NCBI RefSeq assembly: GCF_963921235.1
Contig: NC_086097.1
Location: forward strand, 119,476,001 to 119,540,000
DNA from: Mobula hypostoma
Taxonomy: Eukaryota
Reading direction: 5' to 3'
DNA: 64,000 nt
Shown here: in pieces, positions 1 to 12,955 of the stretch
Layout: every line of letters begins with the position of its first letter
How positions within the stretch are numbered: the stretch's first letter is position 1
Notes under the pieces: model-generated
What the model saw: the letters and a program-made list of their open reading frames with translations, nothing else
The model's database searches: none
Told to the model about the DNA's origin: nothing
Translations under genes and position numbers: made by a program

Positions 1-157
1 AATATATACATATCTGAAATTGAATCTGTCTAATTATGACATTGTGTCAGAGAGCACAAGAGTTTGGAATCCATTAGAGTATGGTAAATGAAATGGAATG
101 TTTTTTGGACATCATTGCGAACTTGGTTTTTGATGAGCATATAGTTATTATACCTAC

Positions 158-364
158 CTTTTCCGAGTCGCTACATATCAGTCATCAGCTCTGTTACCAT
201 GTAGCTCTGAATGGGGCAAAGTTGTGCAGACAAAAAGTACATCACGTGGCCTATGTATTTGCTAAAATTGAAGTTTGCTCAAAGGAAGTTCTGTTCTTTC
301 TGCTCATAAGGAAGTTGATGGGGGAAATGCTGTGGATTTTCAGCATGGCATGGGAAATCCCAAA
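158..364 (-). pseudogene. Pseudo-exon, 207 nt: WDFPCHAENPQHFPHQLPYEQKEQNFL*ANFNFSKYIGHVMYFLSAQLCPIQSYMVTELMTDM*RLGK
   Basis: Acceptor tttctAG (366-365) and donor AAG|GTAGGT (157-152); length is a multiple of 3; two stops. Confidence 0.7.
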
Positions 365-429
365 CTAGAAATTGAATATCTTTTTCCAGGAAATTTCTTA
401 GCTTACATCACACTTCTTTTGTTGGATTA

Positions 430-820
430 ATCAAAAGTGGTGACGAATCAGCATATAGGACAGAAATTGAAAACCTGGTTGAATGAAGCCACAGCACCCA
501 ATAGCAGCAAAACCAAGAGCTGAATATCGACTACAGGAGGAAGAAGACAGAAGTCCATGCGGCAGTCCTCATCAGGGGATCAGAGGTGAAAAGGGTCTGT
601 AGCTTTAAATCCCTTGGCATTAACATGTTAAAGGTTCTGTCTTCAGACTAACATACAAATAAGACGGGAGTTTGTGTAGATTCGTCATGTCAAATAAACT
701 TTAACCAACTTCCACAGATGTATAGTGGAGAGTATCCTAACCGGTGGCAACGTGGCCTGGCGTGGAATCACCAATGGTCAGGAATGGAAAAGCCTACAGA
801 AAGTGGTTGATACATACAAG
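430..820 (+). mobile_element. Degenerate Rex1/Babar LINE RT fragment
   Basis: Decayed match to the Rex1 RT C-terminal region (GDESAYRTEIENL, KTKELxIDYRR, FHRCIVESILTG). Confidence 0.7.
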
Positions 821-827
821 GATTTGT

Positions 828-3068
828 GGAAACATAGAAACATAGAAACATTGAAACATACAGCACAATAGCAGGCCCTTCAGCTCACAAAGCTGTGCAG
901 AACGTGTCCCTACCTTAGAACTATATAGGCTTTACCCATAGCCCTCTATTTTTCTGAGCTCCATGTAGCCATCCAGGAATCTCTTATAAGACCCTATCGT
1001 TTCCGCCTCTACCACCGTCACCAGCAGCCGATTCCACACACTCACCACTCTCTGCGTAAAAAACTTACCCCTGACATCTCCTCTGTACCTACTTCCAAGT
1101 ACCTTAAACCTGTGCCCTCTTGTGCGAGCCAATTCAGCCCTGGGGAATTTCACTATCCACACAATCAATGCCTCTCATTATCTTGTACACCTCTATCAAG
1201 TCACCTCTCATCCTCTGTCACTCCAAGGATAAAAGGCCAAGTTCACTCAATCTATTCCCATAAGGCAAGCTCTCCAATCCAGGCAACATCCTTGTAAATC
1301 TCCTTTGCAACCTTTCAATGGTTTCAACATCCTTCCTGTAGTGAGGCGACCAGAATTGAGCACAATACTCCAAGTGGGGTCTGACCAGGGTCCGATATAG
1401 CTGCAACATTACCTCTCAGCTCCTAAACTCAATTCCACGATTGATGAAGGTCAATGCATCGTGTGCCTTCTTAACCACAGAGACAATCACTTTAGCAGCT
1501 CTGAGTGTCCTATGGACTTGGACCCCAAGATCCATCTGATCCTGTACACTGCCAAAAGTCCCTACAAAATGAACCACCTCACACTTATCTGGGTTGAACT
1601 CCATCTGCCACTTCTCAGCCCAGTCTTGCATCCTATCAATGTCCTGTTATAATTTCTGACAGCCCTCCACACTATCCACAACACACTCAACCTTTGTGTC
1701 ATCAGCAAATTTACTAACCCAACCCTTCCCATCCTCATCCAGGTCATTTATAAAAATCACAAAGAGTAGGGGTCCCAGAACAGATCCCTGAGGCGCACCA
1801 CTGGTCACTGACCTCCAGGCAGAATATGACCCATCTACAACCACTCTTTGCCTTCTGTGGGTAAGCCAGTTCTGGATCCACAAAGCAATGTCCCCATGGA
1901 TCCCATGCCTCCTTACTTTCTCAGTATGATGGGAGGAGAAGATGGCGGCATGATGGCATCATGCGCGGTCTCTCCAGTGATGAATATCTGTTATCTGTCA
2001 AGTAGGGGACCGTGCACAATTCTGATTTGATGGAGATGGACATGAGAGTGCGGAGGAACATCTGGAAAACTTCTGAAATGCCTGCTTCGCTGCCGCTGCT
2101 ACTGTGTGGTAACCGGAATCTCCGGAGCAGAAGGCCCCGAGTCCTCGGCTTTGCTTGTTTCAGTGGCCGGGGCGAGGCCAAAGGCACTCGGCAGAGGATG
2201 GTGCTCAGGAGGATGTATCGGAGGGGCTGGTTGGAGGCTCAAAGTTTTCGGATGGATGGACTCAGTGTCGGCTGTGGTCGGCTGTTTCCAAGGCATCGGC
2301 AAGTTGACGGTGCCTGGAGGTTTATGGCAGGGACTTTCTCCCTTTTGCCGCCTGCTATTGGGGACTCAGGAGTCAATCGACTCAGGGACTTTTGAGACTT
2401 TTTTTTTTACCATGCCCATGGTTTGCTTTTCATCAAATTATGGTTTTGATTTGCACTGCTGTAACTTTATGTCATAATTATGTGGTTTTGTCAGTGTTAG
2501 TTTTTGGTTTGTCCTGTTTTCTGTTCTATCACTCTGGAGAAACATTGTATCATTTCTTAATGCATGTATGCATTTCTAAATAACAATAAAAGAGGACTGA
2601 GTGTTCTCATAATTTAATAATCCTTGTATGGGGTACCTTATCAAATGCCGTGCCGAAATCCATATAGACTACATCTACAGCTCTACCTTCATCAATATGC
2701 TTAGTCACATCCTCAAAATATTCAGTCAGGCTTGTAAGGCACGATCTGCCTTTGACGAAGCCATACTGACTATTCCTAATCATACTATACCTCTCCAAAT
2801 GTTCATAAATCCTGCCTCTCAGGATCTTCTCCATCAACCACTGAAGTAAGACTCACTGGCCTATAATTTCCTGGGATATCTCTACTCCTTTTCTTGAATA
2901 AGGGAACAACATCCCCAACCCTCCAATCTTTCAGAACATCTCCCATCCTCATTAATGATGCAAAGATCGTTGCCAGAGGCTGATCAATCTGCTCCCTCGC
3001 TTTCCACGGTAGCCTGTGGTACATCCCGTTCAGTCCCGGTAACTTATCCAAATTGATGCTTTCCAAAA
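828..3068 (-). mobile_element. CR1 (HER1-like) LINE, 5'-truncated and degenerate, interrupted at ~1927-2616
   Basis: ORF fragments NYRPVSLTSVV, YMDFGTAFDKVPH, PQGSVLGPLLF, KFADDTK, LYRTLVRPHLEYC; (GAAACATA)n tail at 828-860. Confidence 0.95.
1927..2616 (+). mobile_element. Non-coding ~0.7 kb retroposon, copy 1 (GGGAGGAGAAGATGGC... head; AATAAA and TAAT(C/T)TAA tail)
   Basis: Splits the CR1 RT region; homologous over its length to 28830-29505. Confidence 0.8.
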
Positions 3069-3394
3069 ACATTGATACATCCCAATCCATCACAGGCAAT
3101 GCCCTCCGCAGCATTGATTACATTCACAAGGAGCATTGCCACAAAGAAAACAACATCCCTCATGATCTAGTCTCTCTCCTCACTTCCACCATCGGGCAGG
3201 AGGAAGAGGAGCCTTAGTGCCCACACCAGCAGGTTCACGAATAGTTATTGCACTACAAATATCAGGCTTCTGAGGCAGTGTGGATAATTACACTCACCTC
3301 AACTCTGAACTGATTCTACAACCTGCAGACTCACTTTCATCTACTCTTCACAAGTCATGTTCTCAGTACTTTTTTTATTTGGACAATTTGTCTT

Positions 3395-3655
3395 TATTTA
3401 TTGAGATAAAGTGCAATATAGGCCCTTCAGGCCCTTCGAGCCTAACTGCAATCCCCCGATTTAATCTTTGCCTAATGACAGGACAATTTACAAAGCCCCA
3501 TTAACCTACCAACCAGTATGTCTTTGGACTGGGGGAGGAAACCAGAGCACCTGGAGGAAGTTCACAAGGTCATGGGGAGAATGCACAAATTCCTTACAGG
3601 CAGTGCCAGTAATTGACCAAGGTAACATTGTGCTAATTGCTACGCTACTGTGCTG
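3395..3655 (-). mobile_element. tRNA-derived V-SINE (HE1-like) with CR1-type 3' end
   Basis: Reverse V-core (GGAAACCAGAGCACCTGGAGGAAGTTCAC...GGGGAGAATGCACAAATTCC) plus a CR1-like tail; related copies at ~9850-9960, 12550-12832 and 58615-58850. Confidence 0.7.
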
Positions 3656-3903
3656 CTCTTCTTTTTGCACTTTGGTCATTTATCAACCTTTGTTTTTGTA
3701 GAGTTGTGTTCTTCATCGTTTCTATTGAATTTATTATCCTGTAAATGCCTGCAAGGAACTGAATCTCAAGGTAGTACATGGTGACATATGTGTCTTTTGA
3801 TAATAAATTTTTCTTTGACTGTGTCTTCTTAATCAATAGCTGACCATGAAAGGGGCAAAGATGAGCACAATATCAAAAAAAAACTGAAGACTCAATAATT
3901 CAC

Positions 3904-4825
3904 TTTTATTTATAACAAACTGAAAATTGAGCTCCTCAATTTAATCTGGAGCCTGTTTTCCATGTACTATAAAACCCATTTGATCTTTGTGTCATGAAAA
4001 AGTTGTGCAGTGACTCAGATAAAAACAGTACTGGTGAGCCAATTCATGAATTTATCTATTCTATTATATTTATTTGTTCTGCAGTGAATGCCTACAAGGA
4101 AGCGAGTCTCAGGGTACTATGTGACAGCATATACATACTTGGATATAAATTCACTTTTAACTTTGAAGTCAAACCCGTGAATAGCAATCGTGGTCATAGC
4201 ACAATATACACAAGTCCATTTTGCCGAGTGAAGTTTCGGTTTATGAGAAGTCACGGTTAACCTGTCTGCAAGGTAGCTGTGTAGCAATCACACAGTCACA
4301 GCATTTTCTTCATCTGTTACAAAGGCACTCATCCCTATAGCTCAACAGCAGCTAAAAGATGCAATGGTTGCCATGGAGGAGAGATGAGCAGCAGAGGGAA
4401 AGGAGTGAGCACTTTTTCTAATGGTTTGCAAAACTTTTTCTTTGTTTTTATTAGAAAACTGGCTAATGAAATCAAAACCATGGGAGTGGTGTGTTGTGCT
4501 GAGTGATTCAGGAGGATCTCAAAGGCTTTCCTGAAGAGAGGATGTCAAGAGGTTGTGGAAGTGTAGACCAGAGGAGTGACACATCAAACAATATCGATCA
4601 TGCTGAAAAAAACATGAAGATATGTCAGACAGAGGTCTCAAATTTCAAGGATTTCAACGTTCAGGCTGACTCCACCGCTCCTACACATAACCTATCCACT
4701 TCTCATCCCGACGTCGCTCTACACTCCATTACACTCGACTCGCCCAGATCTGTGCAGCTCCAGCAACACTCAAAAGAAGATTGACGCCATCAGACGTAAA
4801 TTAGTCCACTTAATAGCCACTCCAT
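3904..4825 (-). pseudogene. Large pseudo-exon (RWSGY*VD*FTSDGVNLLLSVAGAAQIWASRV...QHDRYCLMCHSSGLHFHN...HELAHQY...FQFVINK) with a ~120-bp Rex1-tail insertion at ~4050-4165
   Basis: Pyrimidine-rich acceptor ttttggtAG at 4827-4826; phase-2 entry matches exon 10529-10394; long frame with scattered stops; donor GTGAAT at 3903. Confidence 0.65.
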
Positions 4826-4987
4826 CTACCAAAATAAAAGAAGAAATGGCTAAAAAATAAGCCAGAGGGAATTAAAGCGCAAATATGCAAAGAAGAAAAA
4901 CAAAATTATATCCGAGAATCAGTGAATCCTCGCAAGAATATGTCAGTAAACAAAATGGGGAAGCTAATGGTCGAACATTCAAAAAGG

Positions 4988-5372
4988 CATAGAGCACCAC
5001 AGCACAGAAACAGGTCCTTTGGCCTATCTAGTCCATGCCAAATTATTATGCTGACTCATCTCATCGACCTGCACCCAGACCATAGTGCTCCATGTCCCTC
5101 CCATCCATGTACCTAACCAAATTTATTTTAAATGTTGAAATTGACCTAGCATCCACCACTTACACTGACAGCTCATTCCACACTCTCACCAGCCTCTTGG
5201 TGAAGGAGATCCCCCTCGTATTCCTCTTAAATATTTCACCCTTCATCCTTAACCCATGACCTCCAGTTCTAGTCTCATGTAACCTCAGTGGAAAAAGCCT
5301 GCTTAACTTTACTCTATAGATACCCCTCATTGTTTTGTATAACCTCTATCAAATCTCCTGTCATTCTCCTAC
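4988..5372 (-). mobile_element. CR1 3' fragment
   Basis: CR1 3' UTR and RT C-terminal sequence. Confidence 0.8.
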
Positions 5373-5709
5373 CTGTGAGTGCTGCTTGAATCTGATCAAC
5401 AATCATTACTTTCTCAGCTTTAATGGACTTGTGCAAATTAGAAACCTCTAAGGGGGGGGCGGGTAAAACAGTGAGAAGGACCATAGATTGATGAGATAAG
5501 CAGGCACCTAACCACAGAAATAAAACTTAATTCTATTTTGAAAAGAAAAACGAGACACCATGATTATTATGTGGACTAATTTTAGAGGAGCAGGGGGAAA
5601 AGAGAGACCTGAGGATTAGATTATAGATCACTTTGGAGATGGAAGAACAAGTTTATAAAGCTGTTTGTCAAAAGGCAAGCAAAGCTGTGACCATAGTCTT
5701 TAATTTTAT

Positions 5710-6262
5710 CTACAAGTAGATGATGAGGAAGGCAAATGAGAGGTTAGCTTTCATTTCGAGAGGGTTCAAAGCAGGTTCACAATAATGATTCCAGGATTGA
5801 AAGGCTTGTCATATGAGGAGCGTTTGGTAGCTCTGGGCCTCTGCTCACTGGGATTCAGGAAAATAAGGGGGGGGGGGACCTCATTGAAACCTATCGAATG
5901 TTGAAAAGGCCTTGATGGAGTGGTTGTGAAGAGGATGTTTTCTATGGTTGCAGAGTCTAAGACTAGAGGACACAGCTCAGAATAGAGGAGCATCCTTTCA
6001 GAAAGGAGGCAAATAGGAATTTCTTTAGCTAGAGAGTGGTGAATCTGTGGAATTCGTCACTGCAGGAGGCTGCAGAGGTCATGTCATTGGGTATATTTAA
6101 GGCAGAAGTTGATAGATTCTTGATTAGTCAGGGCAGGAAGGGATACAGGGTGAAGGCAGGCGATTGGGCCTGAGAGGGAAATGGATCAGCCATGATGAAA
6201 TGGTGGAGCAGACTCAATGGGCCAAATGGCCTAATTCTGCTCCCATATCTTATGGTCTTACA
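5710..6262 (+). mobile_element. CR1 3' fragment, degenerate
   Basis: RFTIMIPGLKGLSYEERL...QRVVNLWNS remnants and a CTTATGGT-type tail. Confidence 0.85.
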
Positions 6263-6506
6263 GTCTTACTTGAGGTAGAAAGTAATCTTCAGTTACTCCA
6301 GTGCTCTTTTTTGTTAGTTTAATACATTTCCCTTTTAAAAATATTCTGTCTTTAATAACTTAACAACAAATTAAATGTCATTTTAATACTGTGTATTGTA
6401 TGCCGACTATCTAGTGTATGATAACAAAGAAAGCAAAACTATTGTACAGGAGGATGCTTGTCAAATTAATCATATACATCAGAGGCTTGTGGTTTACATT
6501 TTACAT

Positions 6507-8284
6507 TAGAAACATAGAAACATAGAAAATAGGTGCAGGACTAGGCCATTCGGCCCTTCGAGCCTGCACCGCCATTTATTATGTTCATGGCTGATCATCC
6601 AACTCAGAACCCCACCCCAGCCTTCCTTCCATACCCCCTGATCCCCGTAGCCACAAGGGCCATATCTAACTCCCTCTTAAATATAGCCAATGAACTGGCC
6701 TCAACAGTTTCCTGTGGCAGAGAATTCCACAGATTCACCACTCTCTGTGTGAAGAAGTTTTTCCTAATCTCAGTCCTAAAAGGCTTCCCCTCTATCCTCA
6801 AACTGTGACCCCTCGTTCTGGACTTCCCCAACATCGGGAACAATCTTCCTGCATCTAGCCTGTCCAACCCCTTTAGGATCTTATACGTTTCAATCAGATC
6901 CCCCCTCAATCTTCTAAATTCCAACGAGTACAAGCCCAGTTCATCCAGTCTTTCTTCATATGAAAGTCCTGCCATCCCAGGAATAAATCTGGTGAACCTT
7001 CTTTGTACTCCCTCTATGGCAAGGATGTCTTTCCTCAGATTAGGGGACCAAAACTGCACACAATACTCCAGGTGTGGTCTCACTAAGGCCTTGTACAACT
7101 GCAGCAATACCTCCCTGCTCCTGTACTCGAATCCTCTCGCTATAAATGCCAGCATACCATTCGCCTTTTTCACCGCCTACTGTACCTGCATGCCCACTTT
7201 CAATGACTGGTGTATAATGACACCCAGGTCTCGTTGCACCTCCCCTTTTCCTAATCGGCCACCATTCAGATAATAATCTGTTTTCCTATTTTTGCCACCA
7301 AAGTGGATAAATTCACATTTATCCGCATTAAATTGCATCTGCCATGAATTTGCCCACTCACCCAACCTATCCAAGTCACCCTGCATCCTCTTAGCATCCT
7401 CCTCACAACTAACACTGCCACCCAGCTTCGTGTCATCCGCAAACTTGGAGATGCTGCATTTAATTCCCTCATCCAAGTCATTAATATATATTGTAAACAA
7501 CTGGGGTCCCAGCACTGAGCCTTGCGGTACCCCACTAGTCACCGCCTGCCATTCTGAAAAGGTCCCGTTTATTCCCACTCTTTGCTTCCTGTCTGCTAAC
7601 CAATTCTCCATCCACATCAATACCTTACCCCCAATACCGTGTACTTTAAGTTTGCACACTAATCTCCTGTGTGGGACCTTGTCAAAAGCCTTTTGAAAAT
7701 CCAAATATACCACATCCACTGGTTCTCCCCTATCCACTCTACTAGTTACATCCTCAAAAAATTCTATGAGATTCATCAGACATGATTTTCCTTTCGCAAA
7801 TCAATGCTGACTTTTTCCGTTGATTTCACCACTTTCCAAATGTGCTGTTATCACATCCTTGATAACTGACTCCAGCAGTTTCCCCACCACCAACGTTAGG
7901 CTAACCGGTCTATAATTCCCCGGTTTCTCTCTCCCTCCTTTTTTAAAAAGTGGGGTTACATTAGCCACCCCCCAATCCTCAGGAACTAGTCCAGAATCTA
8001 AAAGTTTTGAAAAATTATCACTAATGCATCCACTATTTCTTGGGTTACTTCCTTAAGCACTCTAGGATGCAGATCATCTGGCCCTGGGGATTTATCTGCC
8101 TTCAATCCCTTCAATTTACCTAACACCACTTCCCTACTAACAAGTATTTCGCTCAGTTCCTCCATCTCACTGGACCCTCTGTTCCCTACTATTTCTGGAA
8201 GATTATTTATGTCCTCCTTAGTGAAGACAGAACCAAAGTAATTATTCAATTGGTCTGCCTTGTCCTTGCTCCCCATAATCAATT
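6507..8284 (-). mobile_element. Young CR1 LINE, 5'-truncated
   Basis: RT ORFs 7998-8282, 7177-7776 and 6604-7173, nearly identical to the 59434-62043 ORF; (AGAAACAT)n tail. Confidence 0.97.
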
Positions 8285-8574
8285 AGCAATAAGGATGAAT
8301 AAACTGGAATAATAGTTGCTGTCATTTTGTACATTTTATATATTTGGCAACCTATAACACACTTCTGCTGCTGATCCATTGTTCAGGTTCTTTTTCACCT
8401 CGTGTTTATAATTACCAAACTGCCATTTTTCTTTGCAACAATCAAGTAGACAGTGAACTCCAACACTTTGTTTCATTACTCAACCTATGTACCACTTAAA
8501 TCATATCTTTGAATAAAGTCAAATGCCCAAGAAGTCCAGTCCATCAATGTATGTTTTCTATGTAGTTAAAATGA

Positions 8575-9525
8575 CCTCAATCGCTTCAACCTCTGCAGAT
8601 AGTGAAGATGCTGCTGTACTTCCTGGAACACAGGGTTGGTGTTGAGGGGCCAGGTGAGATCATCCATTACGTGTATTTCCAGAAATCAGTTGCTTCTAAC
8701 TCTACACAGAGGTGTCATTTATGTGCAGTGAGGAGTCGTCAGTGTGCACTTTCCCAATGTTCACTATCATCTCTTTGGCCTTGTCCATGTCCAGACTCAA
8801 GTTGTTGTGTTTGCACCAGTCTACCAGCCACTCTACTTCCTCTCCGTATGCCATCTCGTCATCTTCGCTGATGAGGCCAACTGCTGTTGTGTCATCAGCC
8901 AACTCGATAACTTTGTTTGAACTGGACCTAGCAATGGAGTCATGAACAGCAGCAGGCTGAGCATGCAGCCCTGAGGGTCATCGGTAGTCAGTGTGATATA
9001 ACTAGAGATGTTTCTGCCAACATCGACTGACGGTGACCTTTCTGACAAGAAGTTAAGGATCCAGTCACAAAGAGAGGTGTTGAGACGCAACGAATACAGT
9101 TTACCTTGCAGCTTCTGAGGGATAATCATATTAAACACCAAGCTGAAATCAATAAGCAGCATCTTGGTATATATGAAGCACCATCATTTTCCAGGTGGGA
9201 CAGGATGGAGTGGAGTGTAAAGGCTATGGCATCACCATTGGACTATTTTTGTGTGATAAGCGAAATGGAGAGGGTCCAATATAGCAGGAAATTGGGATTT
9301 AATGTGATCCATAACCAGCTGCTCAAAGCACTTCATTATTGTTGAGGTAAGTGCCACCAGACAGTAGTCGCTGAGGCAGGTTATCATTGCCCTCTTGGGC
9401 ACTGGGACACTGGTAGCCACCTTGAAGCCTACGGGGACAGTGGGCTGTTCCAGAGAAATGTCGAAGATGTCTATTAGAACATCTGTTAACTGGTCTGCAC
9501 AGACCCTCAGCACCCAATCAGGACT
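8575..9525 (-). mobile_element. Rex1/Babar LINE RT fragment
   Basis: [58 protein letters not shown]. Confidence 0.9.
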
Positions 9526-10393
9526 AGCTTAAAATGCAAATTATTGAACAGAGCACATCAAAGCAACTTCAATGGAAAGCCAAGCTAGGGAGACCAAACC
9601 ATCAGAACTGCTTTAATTAACATGATTATAATCACTTTTGGAGCTTAGGGCATTTAGGGTAGAAAGTCTGGCAAAGTAATATAAAGACAAAGATTAGATT
9701 TATTTGTCACATGTACATTGAAACATTGAAACGTACAGTGAAATGTGCCTTTTGTATTCTGAGGAAGTGGTGGGGGCAGTTCACAAGTGTCGCCATGCTT
9801 CTGTGCCAACATTGTATGGCCAAAACTTATTAACCCTAATCTTAACTCGTATGTCTTTGGAATGTGGAAGGAAAGCAGAGTACCCAGAGGAAACCCATAC
9901 GGTCATGGGGAGAACACACAAACTCCTTACATACAGCAGCAGGCAGGAATTGAACACTGATCATCGAGCCCCAAACCCTGAACCCTATGGACTCATTTTC
10001 AAGGACTCAATTTGCCAGTCTACTTTTGTGTGTAGTTTGTCATTGATTCTATTCTATTTCTCTGTTCAGCTGTGACTATCTGCAAGAAAATGCATCTCAA
10101 GGTGATACATGTACATTGGTAATAAATTTACTCTGAACTCTACAATCTGATTGGTGATCACCAGCTCTGTGAAGTGTTACACTAACCGCTCCATCACTGT
10201 GCTGCCCCAAAGTAGTGTTATGATTGGAATTAGAAGAGAAGATAAGCAGTTTGTTACAGATCCTCACTCAAAGCCATCAACAGAAAATAATCAAATGCAA
10301 AACTAGTGGCAGTATTCTTCACAAAGCAGAAAGCTCTGGTAAGGAGAAACAGTAGAAATCAGAAGGAAAACTCAACTGTTCCCCAGTGTTCAC

Positions 10394-10714
10394 CTGTCAT
10401 CGGGCTCCGCATGTCAGAACTCATTGTGTCTGGAATCCAATGCAGAAACCAGCCACAGCCTTGTATGGATTTGTTATTTGTTTTTCACCGCACTCATCAA
10501 AGCACTCAATCATGGGAAGATATGAACATCTGTAAATCGTGAATCAATGTCATAGCTGATACATTCACATTTACAACTTGATGAGCGGACAATCATGCAA
10601 CAATTTTTACTGGTATTCTATTTAAACTCAGGCAGGAAATGCTAGGTTTACTTACCAACATGATATTCTTATGACAGTTCTAGGATTATTTTCAACACAA
10701 ATGATGTTTCAAAT
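10394..10714 (-). pseudogene. Two pseudo-exons (10714-10656 and 10529-10394)
   Basis: Donors GTAAGT (10655) and GTGAAC (10393); acceptor ttacAG (10531-10530); phases chain 2>1>2. Confidence 0.65.
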
Positions 10715-11714
10715 CCAAAAACAAAATGTTAATGTGATATTTGATGTAATCTATGTGACTGGAACTCCCTTGTGATTTGACAGAGTATCAACGTTTAATG
10801 TTATAGAGAGAATTAAGACTGGTGAACTATATTCTGATCCAGTTACCCCAATGACATATCGCTGGGAAAAACTAGGAAAAGCTACGTAGGGAGAAGTTGT
10901 TACCTTTGTTAATATATCAGCAATTAGTGGATGAAAAAATAAAAATGAGGGAATATCTGAAATTATAATTATAAATTATAAAGACTCTTTATATTGTTTA
11001 GATCTGGAATTCAGTAAAAGGCCACTAGAAGTAGATTCAATTGTAATTTTCAAAACAGCATTTGATCATTATAAAGTAGAGGTTGGCAAAGTCATTATGA
11101 AAGAGCTGGGGAGTGGAATTAATTAGACAGCTCTTCTTTGAGAAGCCAATGCAAGTAAAAGACCTCGGCCTTCTGTGTTGTTGCAATGCAAGCAGTCCAT
11201 GGGTTACATAAACCTATTTTTCCATGTCAGAAATTAAGGATTTCCCCAAATACACAATCAAAGCCCATTGCCCAAAAGAATTGAGCCTCCAGATCCTCAT
11301 TCTCTTCTATTGCATTGTTGTCCGTTTTCTATAGCTACCCATATTGGGACGTTCTGCTTATTCTGCTACTTTATTTCATCAACTATCTTCTATGTTCACC
11401 CTATCCTACCCATAATTAAAAATGAATGAAATATATTCTGTATCCATTTTGTTAATGATTGTCATGAAGATGATTTCTAAAGGGAAAATGAATGAACCAA
11501 TGAACACTGCCTCATTAGTTTTGCTCTTTTTGCAGTACTTACTTAAATTATTATTTAATATACTGTATTTCTTAACATTATTAATACTGCTGCCTGCAAT
11601 ACAACAAATTGATATTAAATCTGATTCTGATTTTAATATTAATTCTTAGGCTAACAAGTATGGATGGAAGACTTTGAGTAAAATTGTGTTTCCATAAGTC
11701 ACATCCTCCAAAAG

Positions 11715-12238
11715 ACTGTAAGACAAAGGAGCAGAATTAGGTCAATCAGCCTATCGAGTCTGCTCCATCACTCCATCATGGCCGACTTATTAACCCTCTC
11801 AACCCCATTCTTTGGCCTACTCTCCATAACCTTTGATACTCATACTAATCAAGTAGCTGTCAACCTTTGCTTTAAATATACCCAAATGACATGGCCTCTG
11901 TAGCTGTCTGTAACAATGGATTCCACAGATTTACCACCCCCAGCTAAATGAATTCCTCCTTATTTCTGTTCTAAAGGGATGTCCTTGTATTTTGAGGCTG
12001 TGTTCTCTGGTCCTAAACTCTCCCACTATTGAAAACACTCTGTCTAGGCCTTTCAATATTCAATAGGTTTCAATGAGAGCTCCCCAATACTTCTAAACTC
12101 CAGCAAGTACAAGCCCAGAGCCATCAAATGTTCCTCATAGAGTACATTAACCCTTTCATTCCTGAGATCATTCTCATGAGCTTCCCTCTGGACCCCATCC
12201 AATGACAACGCATCCTTTCCTAGATAATGGGCCAACCC
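11715..12238 (-). mobile_element. CR1 3' fragment, degenerate
   Basis: YEEHLMALGLYLLEFR and CR1 3' UTR. Confidence 0.85.
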
Positions 12239-12955
12239 ATATCCAGAAGGCTCCTGTATCTGGTTGTAATGCAAAAATCATGGTTTCATATTTAAACTGT
12301 AGAAACAATGATTTATAGGTGTTTTTCATATGGATGTTTTTTCTTCATTGTTTAATGAAGATGTAAGCCCTTTTAAAATTACCATATCAAGCATCTGTAT
12401 CAAAGTTTTCATATGTATCTAGGATTGGTAATGAGAATTTTTCAAAGTGCCATTCAAACTTGTGATGAAGTACAGTGACCATTATTAATTATTGATAAAA
12501 AATATAACACAAGTATCTGTTGAGTGTTGTTTTGATTAGTTTCTTTTTAATTTTTATTTAGAGATCCAGCATGGAGCAGGTCCTTCCAGCCCAACGAGCT
12601 GCACTGCCCAGCAATCCACCTATCTTACACCAGCCCAATCACAAGACAGTTTACAATGGCCAATGAACCTCTGGTACGCCTACAGACTGTGGGAGGAAAC
12701 CGAAGCAGCAGGAGGAAACCCACGTGGTTCATGGAGAGAATATTACAACTTTCTTACAGACGGTGTCGGAATTTAATTCTCAACTCCAGAACATCCTGAG
12801 CTGTAATAGCAAACTATGCTACCATGGCGCCCTAAGATGAGCTTTGAATAGAACATGCTTTCTTCTTAATTATTTAACATTCTCAAAATTAATTTTCTAC
12901 GTTTTAGCATTCTAAAAGATCAATCAGCAGAGTGATGGAGGTGCAACTAGCATAT

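Noticed and set aside
4030..4185. HELAHQ (HExxH) motif suggesting a zinc metallopeptidase
   Set aside because: It depends on a reconstructed insertion junction and an uncertain frame, and no GAMEN or downstream Glu motif is visible, so I did not use it to name the gene.
4479..4970. Plus-strand MGVVCC... frame and 93-aa ORF (4503-4784), with an RFX-like GTTGCCATGG upstream
   Set aside because: Better explained as the antisense of minus-strand pseudo-exon 4825-3904, whose splice phase fits the upstream exon.
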